64,000 bases of DNA from Tubiluchus corallicola (GCA_030141605.1 JAQGDQ010000586.1:62001-126000); one strand, 5' to 3'; positions 14,693-26,656 are shown, counted from the first letter of the stretch. Program-made: numbers and translations. Notes: a model not told the origin generated them from the sequence alone.

Positions 14693-16397
14693 GGAAACTG
14701 GAAGCTTCAAAGGTAGTGCGTCCCTCGCATCCAGAGCATCTTGTGTATGGTTATCTATTACATGTACTAGTAGACAATCATATTTTAACTGATTCCATAC
14801 AGTAACTCTAAACTAGACATATATGATACTGACTAATCATACACTTTGAAATGCCATAAAGTCAATTGCTAATAATTAATTCTCCATAATAAACATTAAA
14901 ATTTCATTTAATTCAGACAAATTAGAAATTTAAGAGAGATCAGTGCTTCTATTGTATTTAAAATATCAATGGCCAGAGATGTATTATTCCTTTGAAAGCT
15001 TACACACCACACATGGCTGTGATGCCAACAGCTGGTACAATAACAGAATCCCAGAATAAAGTAATGGAAAAGTGTGATGTTTTTTTAACACACTGTTTTG
15101 AACAATGACACAGCAAAAAAGCATAAAATAGATCTAAAAAAATCTAAATCATTTAGCAAAATTACAAAGTCGCATTGCACACAAATATCACTAATATTAA
15201 GCACAGCAAATAACATTAGAGACAAAATGCATTATTAAAGGCAGAAGCTAAAACATACAGAAAACATGACTGCTAATTGTTCGTTAGCTTCCTTGCTAAT
15301 TCCGTGTATATTTCTGAGTTACAAAATCCAAAAAATGGCTTTTGTGAATTTTTACTGAAGCAAAACTGCGTGTCTTCAAACTCCTCATTGCCCCATGGTG
15401 AGATTTTTCTTTTCGTAATCTTTTAAACTATTTTTCTTTTTGAGATTATCAGTGCAGCACAGATTTGCTGTTTGTTTAAGTTTTGCATGGGTAACTTGTA
15501 TTTTTTTTCCTTAGTTGGAAACGTAAAATGATAATTTTGACTACTTAAGTTGTATACAAAATCTACTGACAAAATCTGTGTTATACATGTGTGTGTTGTT
15601 GTACGCATTTTTTATATAGCCATGCTTTTACTGATTGTCAAAGAGACAAAAGAATAAAATCTTTGGCTACAGTAACCACTGATAAATAGAAAGAAGAAAT
15701 GGTATACAGATGGTATAACTATTGTAGATGAAATACATAGATTAATAGATAAATATATTAGTATATCTATTAATTGATAAATAGATTAATATATATTGAA
15801 ATACATACATTAGTACAATGCTACATACTAAACAAGCAAAAGGCATAAAATGTCCGACACTAATAAGCGAATTGACAAGTATTTTTGTATATGTTTGAAT
15901 AATATCAAAATAACTATATTTTGGTCATGGTTTAGAAGTGTACTACCATTTAAGAGTATACTAATTAGAGATTCAGTATTCAAAAGAATAATGTCAAATA
16001 CGTTATACACATGCATGTATACATGATGTAATAAACACGTAAAATTGAAATAGTAATTTTAGATACCAGGTTTTACTGACAGAAAACTAATTTCTTTTGA
16101 AAAAATTCAAATACCAAGACCCGTAGACCACTAGACCACACAGCCACTGTAATCACAGCAGTTCTTAAGTATCTATCTAAACTTAATTTATCTAAACTTT
16201 TTCTTAAGTTAACCAATCGCTCACTGACATAAAGCCATTCCTTGGGGGCATTAGTTCACTCACACCAGAGCACTTACTGTCAAAAGTTTCAATGTCACAT
16301 CCAGCCAGACTGGCAACTTTCTAATATTTTTCTTTATTTGGGCTGTAGGCGCTGTATCTTCTTTCACAAATTCAAAGGAAAACCCACAAACAAGTCT
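14693..16397 (-). CDS. Candidate unrecognised spliced ORF (exons 16397-16278, 15133-15004, 14754-14693)
   Basis: Three stop-free, phase-compatible segments (0-0, 0-1, 1-0), each ending at a GTAAG donor. No recognisable homology; two acceptors are weak. Confidence 0.33.
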
Positions 16398-16399
16398 CT

Positions 16400-17300
16400 G
16401 TCGAATTTATTTCCTACTAATTAGTGATTAATTAATCAACAGTCAAAAGTTTAAACGAAAACCCACTTTCAAGTTTCTGTGTTAATTGATGCCCTGTAGA
16501 GTTTATTACCTACTAATTAATAATTAATTAATAAACAATCAAAAGTTTAAACGAAAACCCACTTTCAAGTTTCTGCATTAATTGTAGCCCTGTAGAGTTT
16601 ATTACCTACTAATTAATAATTAATTAATAAACAATCAAAAGTTTATATGAAAACCCACTTTCAAGTTTCTGCGTTAATTGTAGCCCTGTAGAGTTTATTA
16701 CCTACTAATTAATAATTAATTAATAAACAATCAAAAGTTTAAATGAAAACCCACTTTCAAGTTTCTGCGTTAATTGTAGCCCTGTAGAGTTTATTACCTA
16801 CTAATTAATAATTAATTAATAAACAATCAAAAGTTTAAATGAAAACCCACTTTCAAGTTTCTACGTTAATTGTAGCCCTGTAGAGTTTATTACCTACTAA
16901 TTAATAATTAATTAATAAACAATCAAAAGTTTAAACGAAAACCCACTTTCAAGTTTCTACGTTAATTGTAGCCCTGTAGAGTTTATTACCTACTAATTAA
17001 TAATTAATTAATAAACAATCAAACGTTTAAATGAAAACCCACTAAGTTTCTGCATTAATTGTAGCCCTGTAGAATTTATTACCTACTAATTAATAATTAA
17101 TTAATAAACAATCAAACGTTTAAATGAAAACCCACTAAGTTTCTGCATTAATTGTAGCTCTGTAGAATTTATTACCTACTAATTAATAATTAATTAATAA
17201 ACAATTAAAAATTTAAACGAAAACCCACTTTCAAGTTTCTGCGTTAATTGTAGCCCTGTAGAATTTATTACCTACTAATTAATAGTTAATTAATAAACAA
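16400..17300. repeat. 96-bp minisatellite, ~9 copies (two 93-bp variants)
   Basis: The AAACCCACT anchor recurs at 16461, 16557 ... 16941, 17037, 17130, 17223. Confidence 0.95.
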
Positions 17301-18335
17301 CGCGTGCTAGAATCAACTGTATACATATGCTGGAATTGTTTCTATAGCTGTATTAATTCCATAGGCATTGAATTGTTGAACTAAATCAAAACCGGACCCA
17401 ATTTTATAGGTCAAAACAATCTACTCTTTAAAATCTTGAAAGGAAACATACTGTTTTTTTCAAAAATGTCTAACTTGAAAGAATTATTATCACACAAACA
17501 CAATTTTACCTTCACACCACTAGGTCTTTACTGTTACCTGCATTTCGCCATTCGCTAGTTAGACAGGCACTAGCGCCTGCATTTCGGAAACGTATTGCAC
17601 AAAAAACAGTTGCTGTACCACTCAGTTTAGATGTATTAGTTTGTGACGAACTGCACACGTTTCACAGCTCATGCGTGAATACAGCAGTAAATTTGAAATT
17701 TGAATTTTTATCTCAAAACTTGCCTAGTTTTAGTACAACATACTGAATATCTTACAGTAGAACCAAACTTCAATTTTCGCTTTCGCAAACACACTCGTGG
17801 AACATATTTGTTATTGAAAATTATGTTAGTTTGTGATGTCAATAATGGTTGGGCTCGCCCGCAGTTAATAAAGATCTTAACCTATTATTTAATTATCAGA
17901 AACGCTTTTGCAGTATTAATTGTGTCAAGATGTGTATTTTTTATCAGACTGGAAAATGGGGTAGTGTGTGAAAAATCATCCTGTCTTCCATTAAGTACCA
18001 GAACTTTATTGCACAACTTTGAACGTAGCACATATATACATATGCAATATATACAGCTGCATTAATACAATTTGCATAAGCCAAGGAAAAAGCTTAGTAA
18101 ACCAGGAAGCTAGCACAGTAGATTAATATATTCGCGCTTATGGGAGTTCACGCTACTGTACACTCAAATTGTGTTTGTACGTCTTGGTCTAATTCTCCCA
18201 TTCGTATCAACGACTCCCTTTTACTAGTGATAGTAATCTAATTATATTCATGCCGTGATTAAATAGTACAGCTGTATGCTTTGAAACGTATCTTTCAAAC
18301 CAACCGTATGTGTTACAGTAACACATGACCTCTAC

Positions 18336-18344
18336 GTCACGTGA
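18336..18344. promoter_or_regulatory. CLEAR/E-box-like motif GTCACGTGA overlapping a CRE-like TACGTCA
   Basis: 9/10 match to the GTCACGTGAC consensus. Target gene uncertain. Confidence 0.3.
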
Positions 18345-18896
18345 TAAAACAATCTCTAGTCCAGATTTTTAGACAAGAGCAGGTAAGATGAAAAAAATTA
18401 CCTGTTCAAAATTTCCGTTTGAAAGCTTCCTGAAATTTGAGAAAGTTGAACGATGTGAACGAAGAAAATTGAATTTTAAGGTGCCTCTCAAGGAACTTTC
18501 CAATCAAAGTTATATTACTTAGAATTACGCTTATCCTATTTAAGACTTCTGTTATTAAAAAGAAACTTCTTCGTGGGTTAAAATGTTAGCGCCATCTAGT
18601 AAAACGGCACTGCATCGCCATCCCAGTGTGCATCACTGGCTCACAAAAAAAGCAAATCATGTAGCGAGCGGCGCGACACTATTGGGTGTTGAGTCTGAGT
18701 TTGTCGGGTTTGGTTGGTTTTGATGAATTCGTGACGGTTTGACACCATCAAACTAAAACTCAAGCTGAAACCAACAAAGAGGTTCGACGAAAAAAACTGA
18801 CATTCTAAGTAGGGCCGTAGAGTCGGTAAATTAAACTACTGACTCTGCTATCCTAAAATTTTAGGAGCCATCCTGCCGACTCCCTCCAGCCTTTAA

Positions 18897-19346
18897 CCCT
18901 TTCATACCCTTTGTATCCCGTGGGATACGAGAATATTTTGTGCCTTTAAAATTAATAAAATTTTAAAACTGACAGTTATTTGATCTGTTAATAGCTATTT
19001 TGATTTAAGCCAATAACAATAGACTAAAAATGGTGATAAATGGCAAACTAGAAAATCTACATAGCATAAAAAACTGCGCAAGGTACAGTACTTTAGAGAC
19101 GACTTTGTACAGATCAGCATAGCATGCATACTAAATGTCTTAAATACTTTAAAAAATTATCAGCAGTTGCAATATGAAGGACATTTTATGCTTCCATTGA
19201 ATTCCAACGTATCCCGTGGGATATAGGTTATATTTAGCACACGGGCACAGGTAGAAAAAAATTATTATGTGTAAACAAGATGGACATACTGAACAAAAGT
19301 ACCAAGCCAAAAAATTCTCTCTTATTAAAAATTGGGACTGAAAGGG
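18897..19346. mobile_element. piggyBac-like MITE family D
   Basis: TTAA|CCCTTTCA...TGAAAGGG|TTAA. Inverted sister copy at 21038-21478. Confidence 0.85.
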
Positions 19347-19561
19347 TTAAGTAACTGTTCGTAGTACTCTCAATATTCAGCTACAGATGTATTTCTTCAC
19401 TTTTACCTCTTGAGCTCGAAAACCAGTTTAACCGCGTAGACACCAGACACCAAGAAGGAAAGCCATGCATGAATGTGTTAACTTGAGTTTGTCTATTTTT
19501 TACCGACTCCTCTAACAATACGTGTACTCCCGAGTCCCGACCCCGACTCCAATACCCTGAG

Positions 19562-19990
19562 TAGGGGTGAGCATCGAACGTTCGAGTTCGAACGTTCGAA
19601 TCGAATTAGAACGCTCGAATTCGATTCGAACGAGTTTTTTTTAGTTCGAACTCGATTCGAATCCAATACTATAGATTCGAATAATTCTGCACTTCAATCA
19701 CACGTGTTCCTGATCATTAAAACGATTGAAACATCATGCAATTAGCATAATTTAGCTGTGATTTCTGCACACAATTTTAAAGAAATTACTAGTCGTTTTT
19801 TGCAGAACAAAATCTAATGATATGCATGATCTTTGTAAGACTAATTTTTGCTTGTGGTTCGAAAACTTGTTCGAAAATCTTTCGATCTCAATTCGAATTC
19901 GAAACACTGAAGTTCGGTTCGATTCGAATTCGAAAGTCGCAAATTCGGTTCGATTCGAATTCGCTTTCTGGTAGAGAATGCTCACCCCTA
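19562..19990. mobile_element. hAT-type MITE family B
   Basis: TIR TAGGGGTGAGCA...TGCTCACCCCTA; TSD ACCCTGAG/ACCCTAAG. Confidence 0.88.
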
Positions 19991-20289
19991 ACCCTAAGTT
20001 TTCACCATTCCTACTCCGACTCCTTTAGCAGGAAGTTTCACTGCCGACTCAAATCGGTTTCCACAGTCCTGCTTCTAAGCGGACTTTAAGAAAGTACACA
20101 GCTTGGTCGCACAGTTATTTATCTAGTTTATCCATTATCTTCTAATCTATGTTTAATTGTCAGCGTCTGAATTACTTATTGTAGTATCAGTTGTGTACTT
20201 AATTAATAGTATGAAATTAAGTATGTAAAAACAACCCGAATTTATTTTTTGTCAGCTAACGTCTAGATTTAATACAATAATCAATGCAT

Positions 20290-20860
20290 TACACATTAGT
20301 GTGTACACATGCGCCTACGCAACCGGAAGACAAATTAACCATCCAATATTTCCGAATTGTAACTGTGGATTTCGATTTGAGTCTGTTGAACACTTTTTGT
20401 TGCACTACCCATTGTATCAACTAGCTAGGGTTGTTGTGTTTGATAAATTAAATGAAATACTTCTGCCCGAAAACCTTAATATAGCTGTCTTAGGAAATAA
20501 TGATCTGTTGAAGTTGTCATTATTCGGTAAAGATGAATTTAACTATGTTGCTAACTGTAAAATATTCCAATGTGTACATGACTTTATATTACGTACGAAA
20601 CGCTTCCAGTAGTTTCTATCTGATATAAAATGCATCATTCTTAAATAATCGTACATTAATATTTACTAACCGTCATTTTCTACTAATGTCTAATGTATCA
20701 CTGTAGTAAAACTTTAGTATACTAGAGTATACTAAAAACTAAGTATAGTCTATTCTTACTGTAAATGTTCTTGTATATAGTGTATAAAGTCTGTTGTGGC
20801 GAGAACCTTAAGTCATGTTGTACAAACTGCCTGATCCAATCCTAAATAAATTATGTTTAA
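20290..20860 (+). mobile_element. LINE 3' fragment (Cys/His knuckle CNCG..ESVEHFLL, ending FILRTKRF)
   Basis: Typical non-LTR ORF2 C-terminal motif followed by a 3' tail with AATAAA. Confidence 0.65.
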
Positions 20861-21037
20861 ATTAACCATCTCGGGTAACATTTAGTGGATACGGTTGAGT
20901 GAGCATGAAAATTGGCATGTAGGTCTGTAGTTAATTACAACGAATGAAATCAGAATATTAATTTAATATTAAATTGATAATTTTAAAATTACAAAAACGA
21001 TGTTGGCGCGACCCTGATAAGCGCTAGTTCAGTTTAA

Positions 21038-21478
21038 CCCTTTCATTCCCAAATTATTTTTTTAATAAGAAAACATTTTTTTTTTTGGCTTGGTACTTTT
21101 GTTCCCAATGTATCCTGTGGGATACACAACATTCTTTGTCATATGCAAAAAAAAAACAAAGTCCGACTTTTTTAAAAATACAACAAAAGCAAAAAATGCA
21201 ACTGCTGATAATTTTTTGAAGTATTTAAGATATTTAGTATGCATGCTATGCTGATGTGTACAAAGTCGACTCTAAAGTACTGTACCTTGCGCAGTTTTTT
21301 AAATTTATGCTATGTAGATTTTCTAGTTTGCCATTTTATCACCATTTTAGTCTATTGTGATTGACTTATATCCAAATAACTATTAACAGATCAAATAACT
21401 GTCAGTTTTAAAATTTTATTAATTTTAAAGGCAGAAAATATTCTCGTATCCCACGGGATACAACTGGGTATGAAAGGG
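21038..21478. mobile_element. piggyBac-like MITE family D (inverted relative to the 18897 copy)
   Basis: TTAA|CCCTTTCA...TGAAAGGG|ATAA; reverse-complement match to 18897-19346. Confidence 0.85.
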
Positions 21479-21584
21479 ATAACTCTTTTAACAAAATAAT
21501 TTGCGCGAGTTTTTTATCTGTGAAGTTACATGACCGGTCCTCGCCCTGGTGGTGCATATTACGTCACGTAGGGGGAATTTTTCC

Positions 21585-21596
21585 GTGCCGTGTGCA
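21585..21596 (-). promoter_or_regulatory. Metal response element (MTF-1 site) TGCACACGGCAC
   Basis: Perfect TGCRCNC core and 11/12 match to the extended TGCRCNCGGCCC consensus, in a CpG-rich patch upstream of the ZnT gene. Confidence 0.75.
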
Positions 21597-21669
21597 ATAC
21601 TCTTAATTCTCGGTACCTGCCGGATATCGGACAGCGTCGGGGTTTTCCTCTCGCTTCAAAACGTGCCAC

Positions 21670-21681
21670 GGGCGGAGTGCA
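21670..21681 (-). promoter_or_regulatory. Metal response element (MTF-1 site) TGCACTCCGCCC
   Basis: Perfect core plus GC-rich flank, as I recall for the strong metallothionein MREd. Lies upstream of the ZnT gene. Confidence 0.78.
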
Positions 21682-21992
21682 AAGCAAACACGAAATTTCC
21701 CTTCAAAAGAGGTTATGTTCGTTCTTTCAAAATAAGTTGAACAGTTATGCATAAAAGCGTGTAGGTTGCATGATTCAGTTCACCTCACCGATGCTTACAT
21801 GTTTGCGGATCGATATTATTGATTATTAAGTGTTTCTTGCCTGGTTTAAATATAGAATAATTACTGTTAGTTCAAGAGGAAAGTTAGTGAATTGTTGGCC
21901 CAACGGTGTAAACAGTACCAGTAACGGTAGGCGGCATCACAGTGTGGCGTCTCTTGTGTAAGTTCAGATTAAGAAGTTCAGTAACCTGTTAG

Positions 21993-22520
21993 CACACGTG
22001 TTCATTTCACCATCTATTGTTCCATGATCATGTTGTTGTTTTTCAGTTGACCTTCAACAATGGGAAGATACAGCGGTAAGACATGTCGTCTGCTGTCCAT
22101 GCTTTCTCTCCCCATCAGCTTCGAATCCACACGTGTTCATTCCATAATTTATTGTTCCATGATCATATTGTTGTTTTTCAGCTGACCTTCAACAATGGGA
22201 AGATACAGCAGGAAGACATGTCGTCTGCTGTCCATGCTTTCCCTCACCTTCACCTTCGACACCACACGTGTTCATTCCATAATTTATTGTTCCATGATCA
22301 TATTGTTGTTTTTCAGCTGACCTTCAACAATGGGAAGATACAGCGGGAAGACATGTCGTCTGCTGTCCATGCTTTCTCTCCCCATCAGCTTCGAATCCAC
22401 ACGTGTTCATTCCATCATTTATTGGTCTATGATCATGTTGTTGTTGTTTTTCAGCTTACTTCAACAATGGGAAGATACAGCGGGAAGACGTGTCGTTTGC
22501 TATCCATGCTTTCTCTCACC
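21993..22520 (+). repeat. 135-bp tandem repeat (4 copies) of the ZnT intron end, acceptor and start codon
   Basis: Acceptors end at 22046, 22181, 22316, 22454. ATGGGAAGATACAGC starts at 22060, 22195, 22330, 22467. Confidence 0.95.
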
Positions 22521-22643
22521 ACCACATTCTTCCTGGTGGAGATTACGGTCGGGTACATCACCAATTCCATGGCCCTGGTGGCGGATTCGTTTCACATGTT
22601 GTCTGATGTGGTAGCTCTCCTAGTGGGCCTGACGTCTGTTAGG
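22467..22643 (+). CDS. SLC30A1: ZnT1/ZnT10-family CDF zinc exporter, coding exon 1
   Basis: MGRYSGKTCRLLSMLSLTTTFFLVEITVGYITNSMALVADSFHMLSDVVALLVGLTSVR|GTAAAG; includes the TM2 HxxxD motif. Confidence 0.93.
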
Positions 22644-22734
22644 GTAAAGTATACATTTATTTCGTATCATTCATGTTTATTTCGTACACGTTAATTGTAT
22701 TAATTAAACGGTTTGATAGGTTGACAGTTTAGTG

Positions 22735-23219
22735 CAGGGGTGTGCAAATTGCGGTTGGCGGGCCACTTGAGAATTTGTGCGGCCCGCGAAGAGATTTGTC
22801 AACCTAATGAAAGTGCGGCCCGGGCGATTAATTGGGTGTATCCAGCTGAAGTCCATGCCACGATACCAAAGATAGTGCAGGTAGTTTTTTCTACTAGATC
22901 GGATGCCACTAACCCTTGCAAGACGGTTGTAGCTTAATGTCACTGTACTACACAGACTGTGCGATACACATTACTAATATGCATTGTAATGAAATTACAA
23001 CTATCTGTCCTGAACGTAGAAATATATGGGTTGTAATGTAAATTTTAATAACTTCTAAAATAGTTTCTTGAGTAGTAGTAATGATGTACGCAGGTCGGAT
23101 GCAAAAAATCGTTATTAGGCCCTACTATACTTGGCTCCTTGGTTAAACTGCATGTGGCCCGCAGGAATTGCGGGAAAGTTTAATGTGGCCCGGCTAGTCA
23201 GATAATTTGCACACCCCTG
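22735..23219. mobile_element. hAT-type MITE family A, full length
   Basis: TIR CAGGGGTGTGCAAATT...AATTTGCACACCCCTG; TSD GTTTAGTG/ATTTAGTG. Confidence 0.9.
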
Positions 23220-23527
23220 ATTTAGTGTGTTAATTAGTACTACTAATTTGTGTAAGCTGAGGTGCTATGGATGAAAATTTTCAAGGAGACAGAATTCTAT
23301 TCTGGAGGAATGGGGATGCAACAACTTCGTTACCCGACTGTAGACTGTAGTTCAGATGGAGCCAGCAATTCACACTCTTGCTCACATCTTTGATCATGTT
23401 TCTGTTTAATTATATTTTCTATTTTCTTTTTTCGTTCCAATTATAGCACATTTGTTGTTTTCAGAATTTCCGAAAAAGAAATTTTTTGGCATAGTAGCCG
23501 TAAGACCGTTTCTTGGCATCTTTCAGA

Positions 23528-23985
<458 letters not shown>

Positions 23986-25129
23986 AAATCTCTAGTAGTT
24001 GTTAGAATATAACTTTTGAGACAAATAGTTCTTCGACTGTAATTGTGACAAATTGCACATACAATAGATTGTCATCAACACCTAGGTGACTCCACTGGCA
24101 AGTTTTCTCACTATAATATTAGTTTAGGACTTTGTAAAAGTTTCGCACCGTCAATTTGTGAAGATGTGTTAAATAATAATAATAAATAGCGTTTATCTCA
24201 TCTTTATTCTAAACTTTTATTTGTGTTTTTGTATAGTAGAAATGTCAAATTTCAAGGTGAATCAGTGTTGGATGTAAAATGGGTCATTTTAGGATTACTT
24301 CGAAATTTGTTTTTATCTTAGAGTTAGCCTTAATATTTTGATTAGCGAACAGCTTACAGCATTGTTTCTCTTCTAGCGTTCCATAGATACCCAGTATAAT
24401 GTGCGTGTAGGTCAAGTTATCTAGGTCCTAGGTACAGCCTGTTTGACTGACATTAAACTTCAAAAAAAAATTAGACGCTCATAATTGAAAATGCGCCATA
24501 GTTATTCATGCAGTTTAACTAATCCTTTTTATGAAGTGCTTAGTTGTTATGTAAATAATACGGAAATTGGGACGCAAATTTCATGTACATTATCGACGCA
24601 GTTTAATGTAATCAGATTTAGTGTGTAAAAGATTGACATTTTAATAAATTTTAATAAACTAGCTCAGGGACAGAATCTTTGTTAATTAATTGTTTTGTTC
24701 ATCGTGCCAGTTTATATTTTACTACCAGTAGATTCGTAAAGAGAGGATACGTTTTATTACCCCGCTGATCGTAATAGTCATGCCAGTTGCCTGTAAAACT
24801 GTGTCAGTAATGCGTAATCTGAAGTTGGCACACGAACGCTGAAGTGCAAAACTTCCACGCTACGGTGCGCCTGATTAAATAACTTTCATTTGTATGCAAA
24901 GAGCGTAGTAGTTTTGTCAGCGCGACCGCGTGTTATGGCCGTGGCGTAGTGTGGCTGTGGGTTAGTAGTAAGTACTTGCTGGCATAGGTTGTAAGTCGTA
25001 GTCAGGGCACGCTGTTTCTGTGTTGCAGTGTTCCATACCCTCGGGACATTGACAGTGTGGTCTGGTGGTTGATCATATCAACTTGCGATACTCGACTCTC
25101 TCCACCTATCAGAGGCGAGCACCTTCGAA

Positions 25130-25735
25130 AGTCTATTCTTCTATAACGCTGATCTTTTAGTTGTCTTTTCCCAGTTTAATGTCTTTATCCTGTATTCCAT
25201 GCATTCGTTCACTAGATTTCTAATTTCTAGCAATCCTTTTCACAGTTCATTATAATATTATTATTAATAATAATAATATCTGAGTTCAAAATTTTTTCCA
25301 TTCTCCACATCTGTAACATCTAAGCATATGTTCAGTAGTGTCATCATCTTCACCACACACTGGGCATAATAACCGATCCTTAGACTCATTCTTGTAGTTT
25401 CCTTTAACTTTAATCATATTCAGTCTTATTTTCAATATATCCTTAACCTCTTCTGGCTTGCATGTGTCTACGTAATTTTGTCGTTTCCACTCGGTATGCC
25501 TTAAAAATCTTAATTTAGTGCTGCTCCTGCATTTTTCTGCACATTCATTCTTTATACAACATTCAATGTTATTCTTTGTTTTTTTCTTCCATTCAGACTT
25601 TTTCATGACCTTCACCTTTTCTTTATTAGCATCTATGGTATATTTTTTTGCAGCCTCGACTACTTCGTTCATTGAATACATAGCTACAACCATTCACGGG
25701 TTCACCATTTGTTTAAGCTTAGTCACTCTGTCTTG
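25130..25735 (-). mobile_element. Non-LTR retrotransposon 3' fragment
   Basis: ORF 25286-25693 with a CPVCG..DTTEHMLRC knuckle typical of LINE ORF2 C-termini. Confidence 0.7.
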
Positions 25736-25889
25736 AAAAAGAAATTGTCTAAGTAAGACGTATATTAAAAATTATAAAAAGTCTTATCATAATTTTGCGC
25801 CTAATGTTTCGTTGCAATATGGGAAATTTTTGTTCTGAAGTGCAGAAATGAGTTAATGCTAATGCCAAGTATGTCTATTTCCATTTCAG

Positions 25890-26112
25890 ATAGCAAGGAA
25901 GAAGACTTCCAAGAACACATTTGGTTGGGTGCGGGCGGAGGTGCTCGGTGCTCTAGTGAACGCTGTGTTTCTAGTCGCTCTTTGTTTCTCCATCTTCGTC
26001 GAGTCCTTGGAGAGGCTCATTGACGTGGAGAAGATTGAAAATGTCGAGTTGCTGCTGATTGTCGGAGGTGCCGGTCTTCTAGTTAATATCCTCGGATTAT
26101 TCCTCTTTCACA
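25890..26112 (+). CDS. SLC30A1: ZnT coding exon 2
   Basis: TTTCAG|IARKKTSKNTFGWVRAEVLGALVNAVFLVALCFSIFVESLERL...LGLFLFH|GTAAGT; phase 0 to 1. Confidence 0.95.
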
Positions 26113-26148
26113 GTAAGTGGTAACAGCTTGAAAATGGGCAGTTCTTAA

Positions 26149-26515
26149 TAGGGGTGAGCATGATCCATCAGAAAGCAAATGCGAATCGAACGGAATTTCT
26201 GTGTTTCCGAATCGAATTCAAATTGAGTTTGAAACATTTTCGAACAAGTTTTCTAACCACTGGTAAAAAGTGGTCTTACGAGGATCATGCATATTTACTT
26301 GATTTTGTTCTGCAGTAAAACCACTGTTAGTTTGTTAAAAAAACTTGCACAGAAACAGCAGCTAAATTGTGCTAATTGCTTGCTGTTTCAAATATTTTAA
26401 TGTTAAAGAAGTAATGTGGCTGAAGTGCTGCATATTCGAATCTTTAATTTTAGTTTCGAATCGAATTCGAACTAAAAAACTCATTTGAATCGAGTTCGAA
26501 CGTTCGATGCCCGTC
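26149..26515. mobile_element. hAT-type MITE family B, diverged reverse copy
   Basis: TAGGGGTGAGCA terminus and reverse-complement similarity to 5949-6389. Confidence 0.75.
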
Positions 26516-26656
26516 CTTAATAGAACAGAATGGGAGTTTTGAAACATATCATGAAGACCAAAGTTATATTATTTTGCATCATGCTTACCTGCTTGAAAGA
26601 CTTGCTTGTAACTAGAAAAGACAATTCTTAATAACTTAAAATGTTCATAAAATGAA

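Noticed and set aside
18060-18230. Minus-strand MGELDQDVQTQFECTVA... as the first exon of the candidate gene or a selenoprotein
   Set aside because: In-frame TGA followed by TAA, no clear donor and no SECIS seen.
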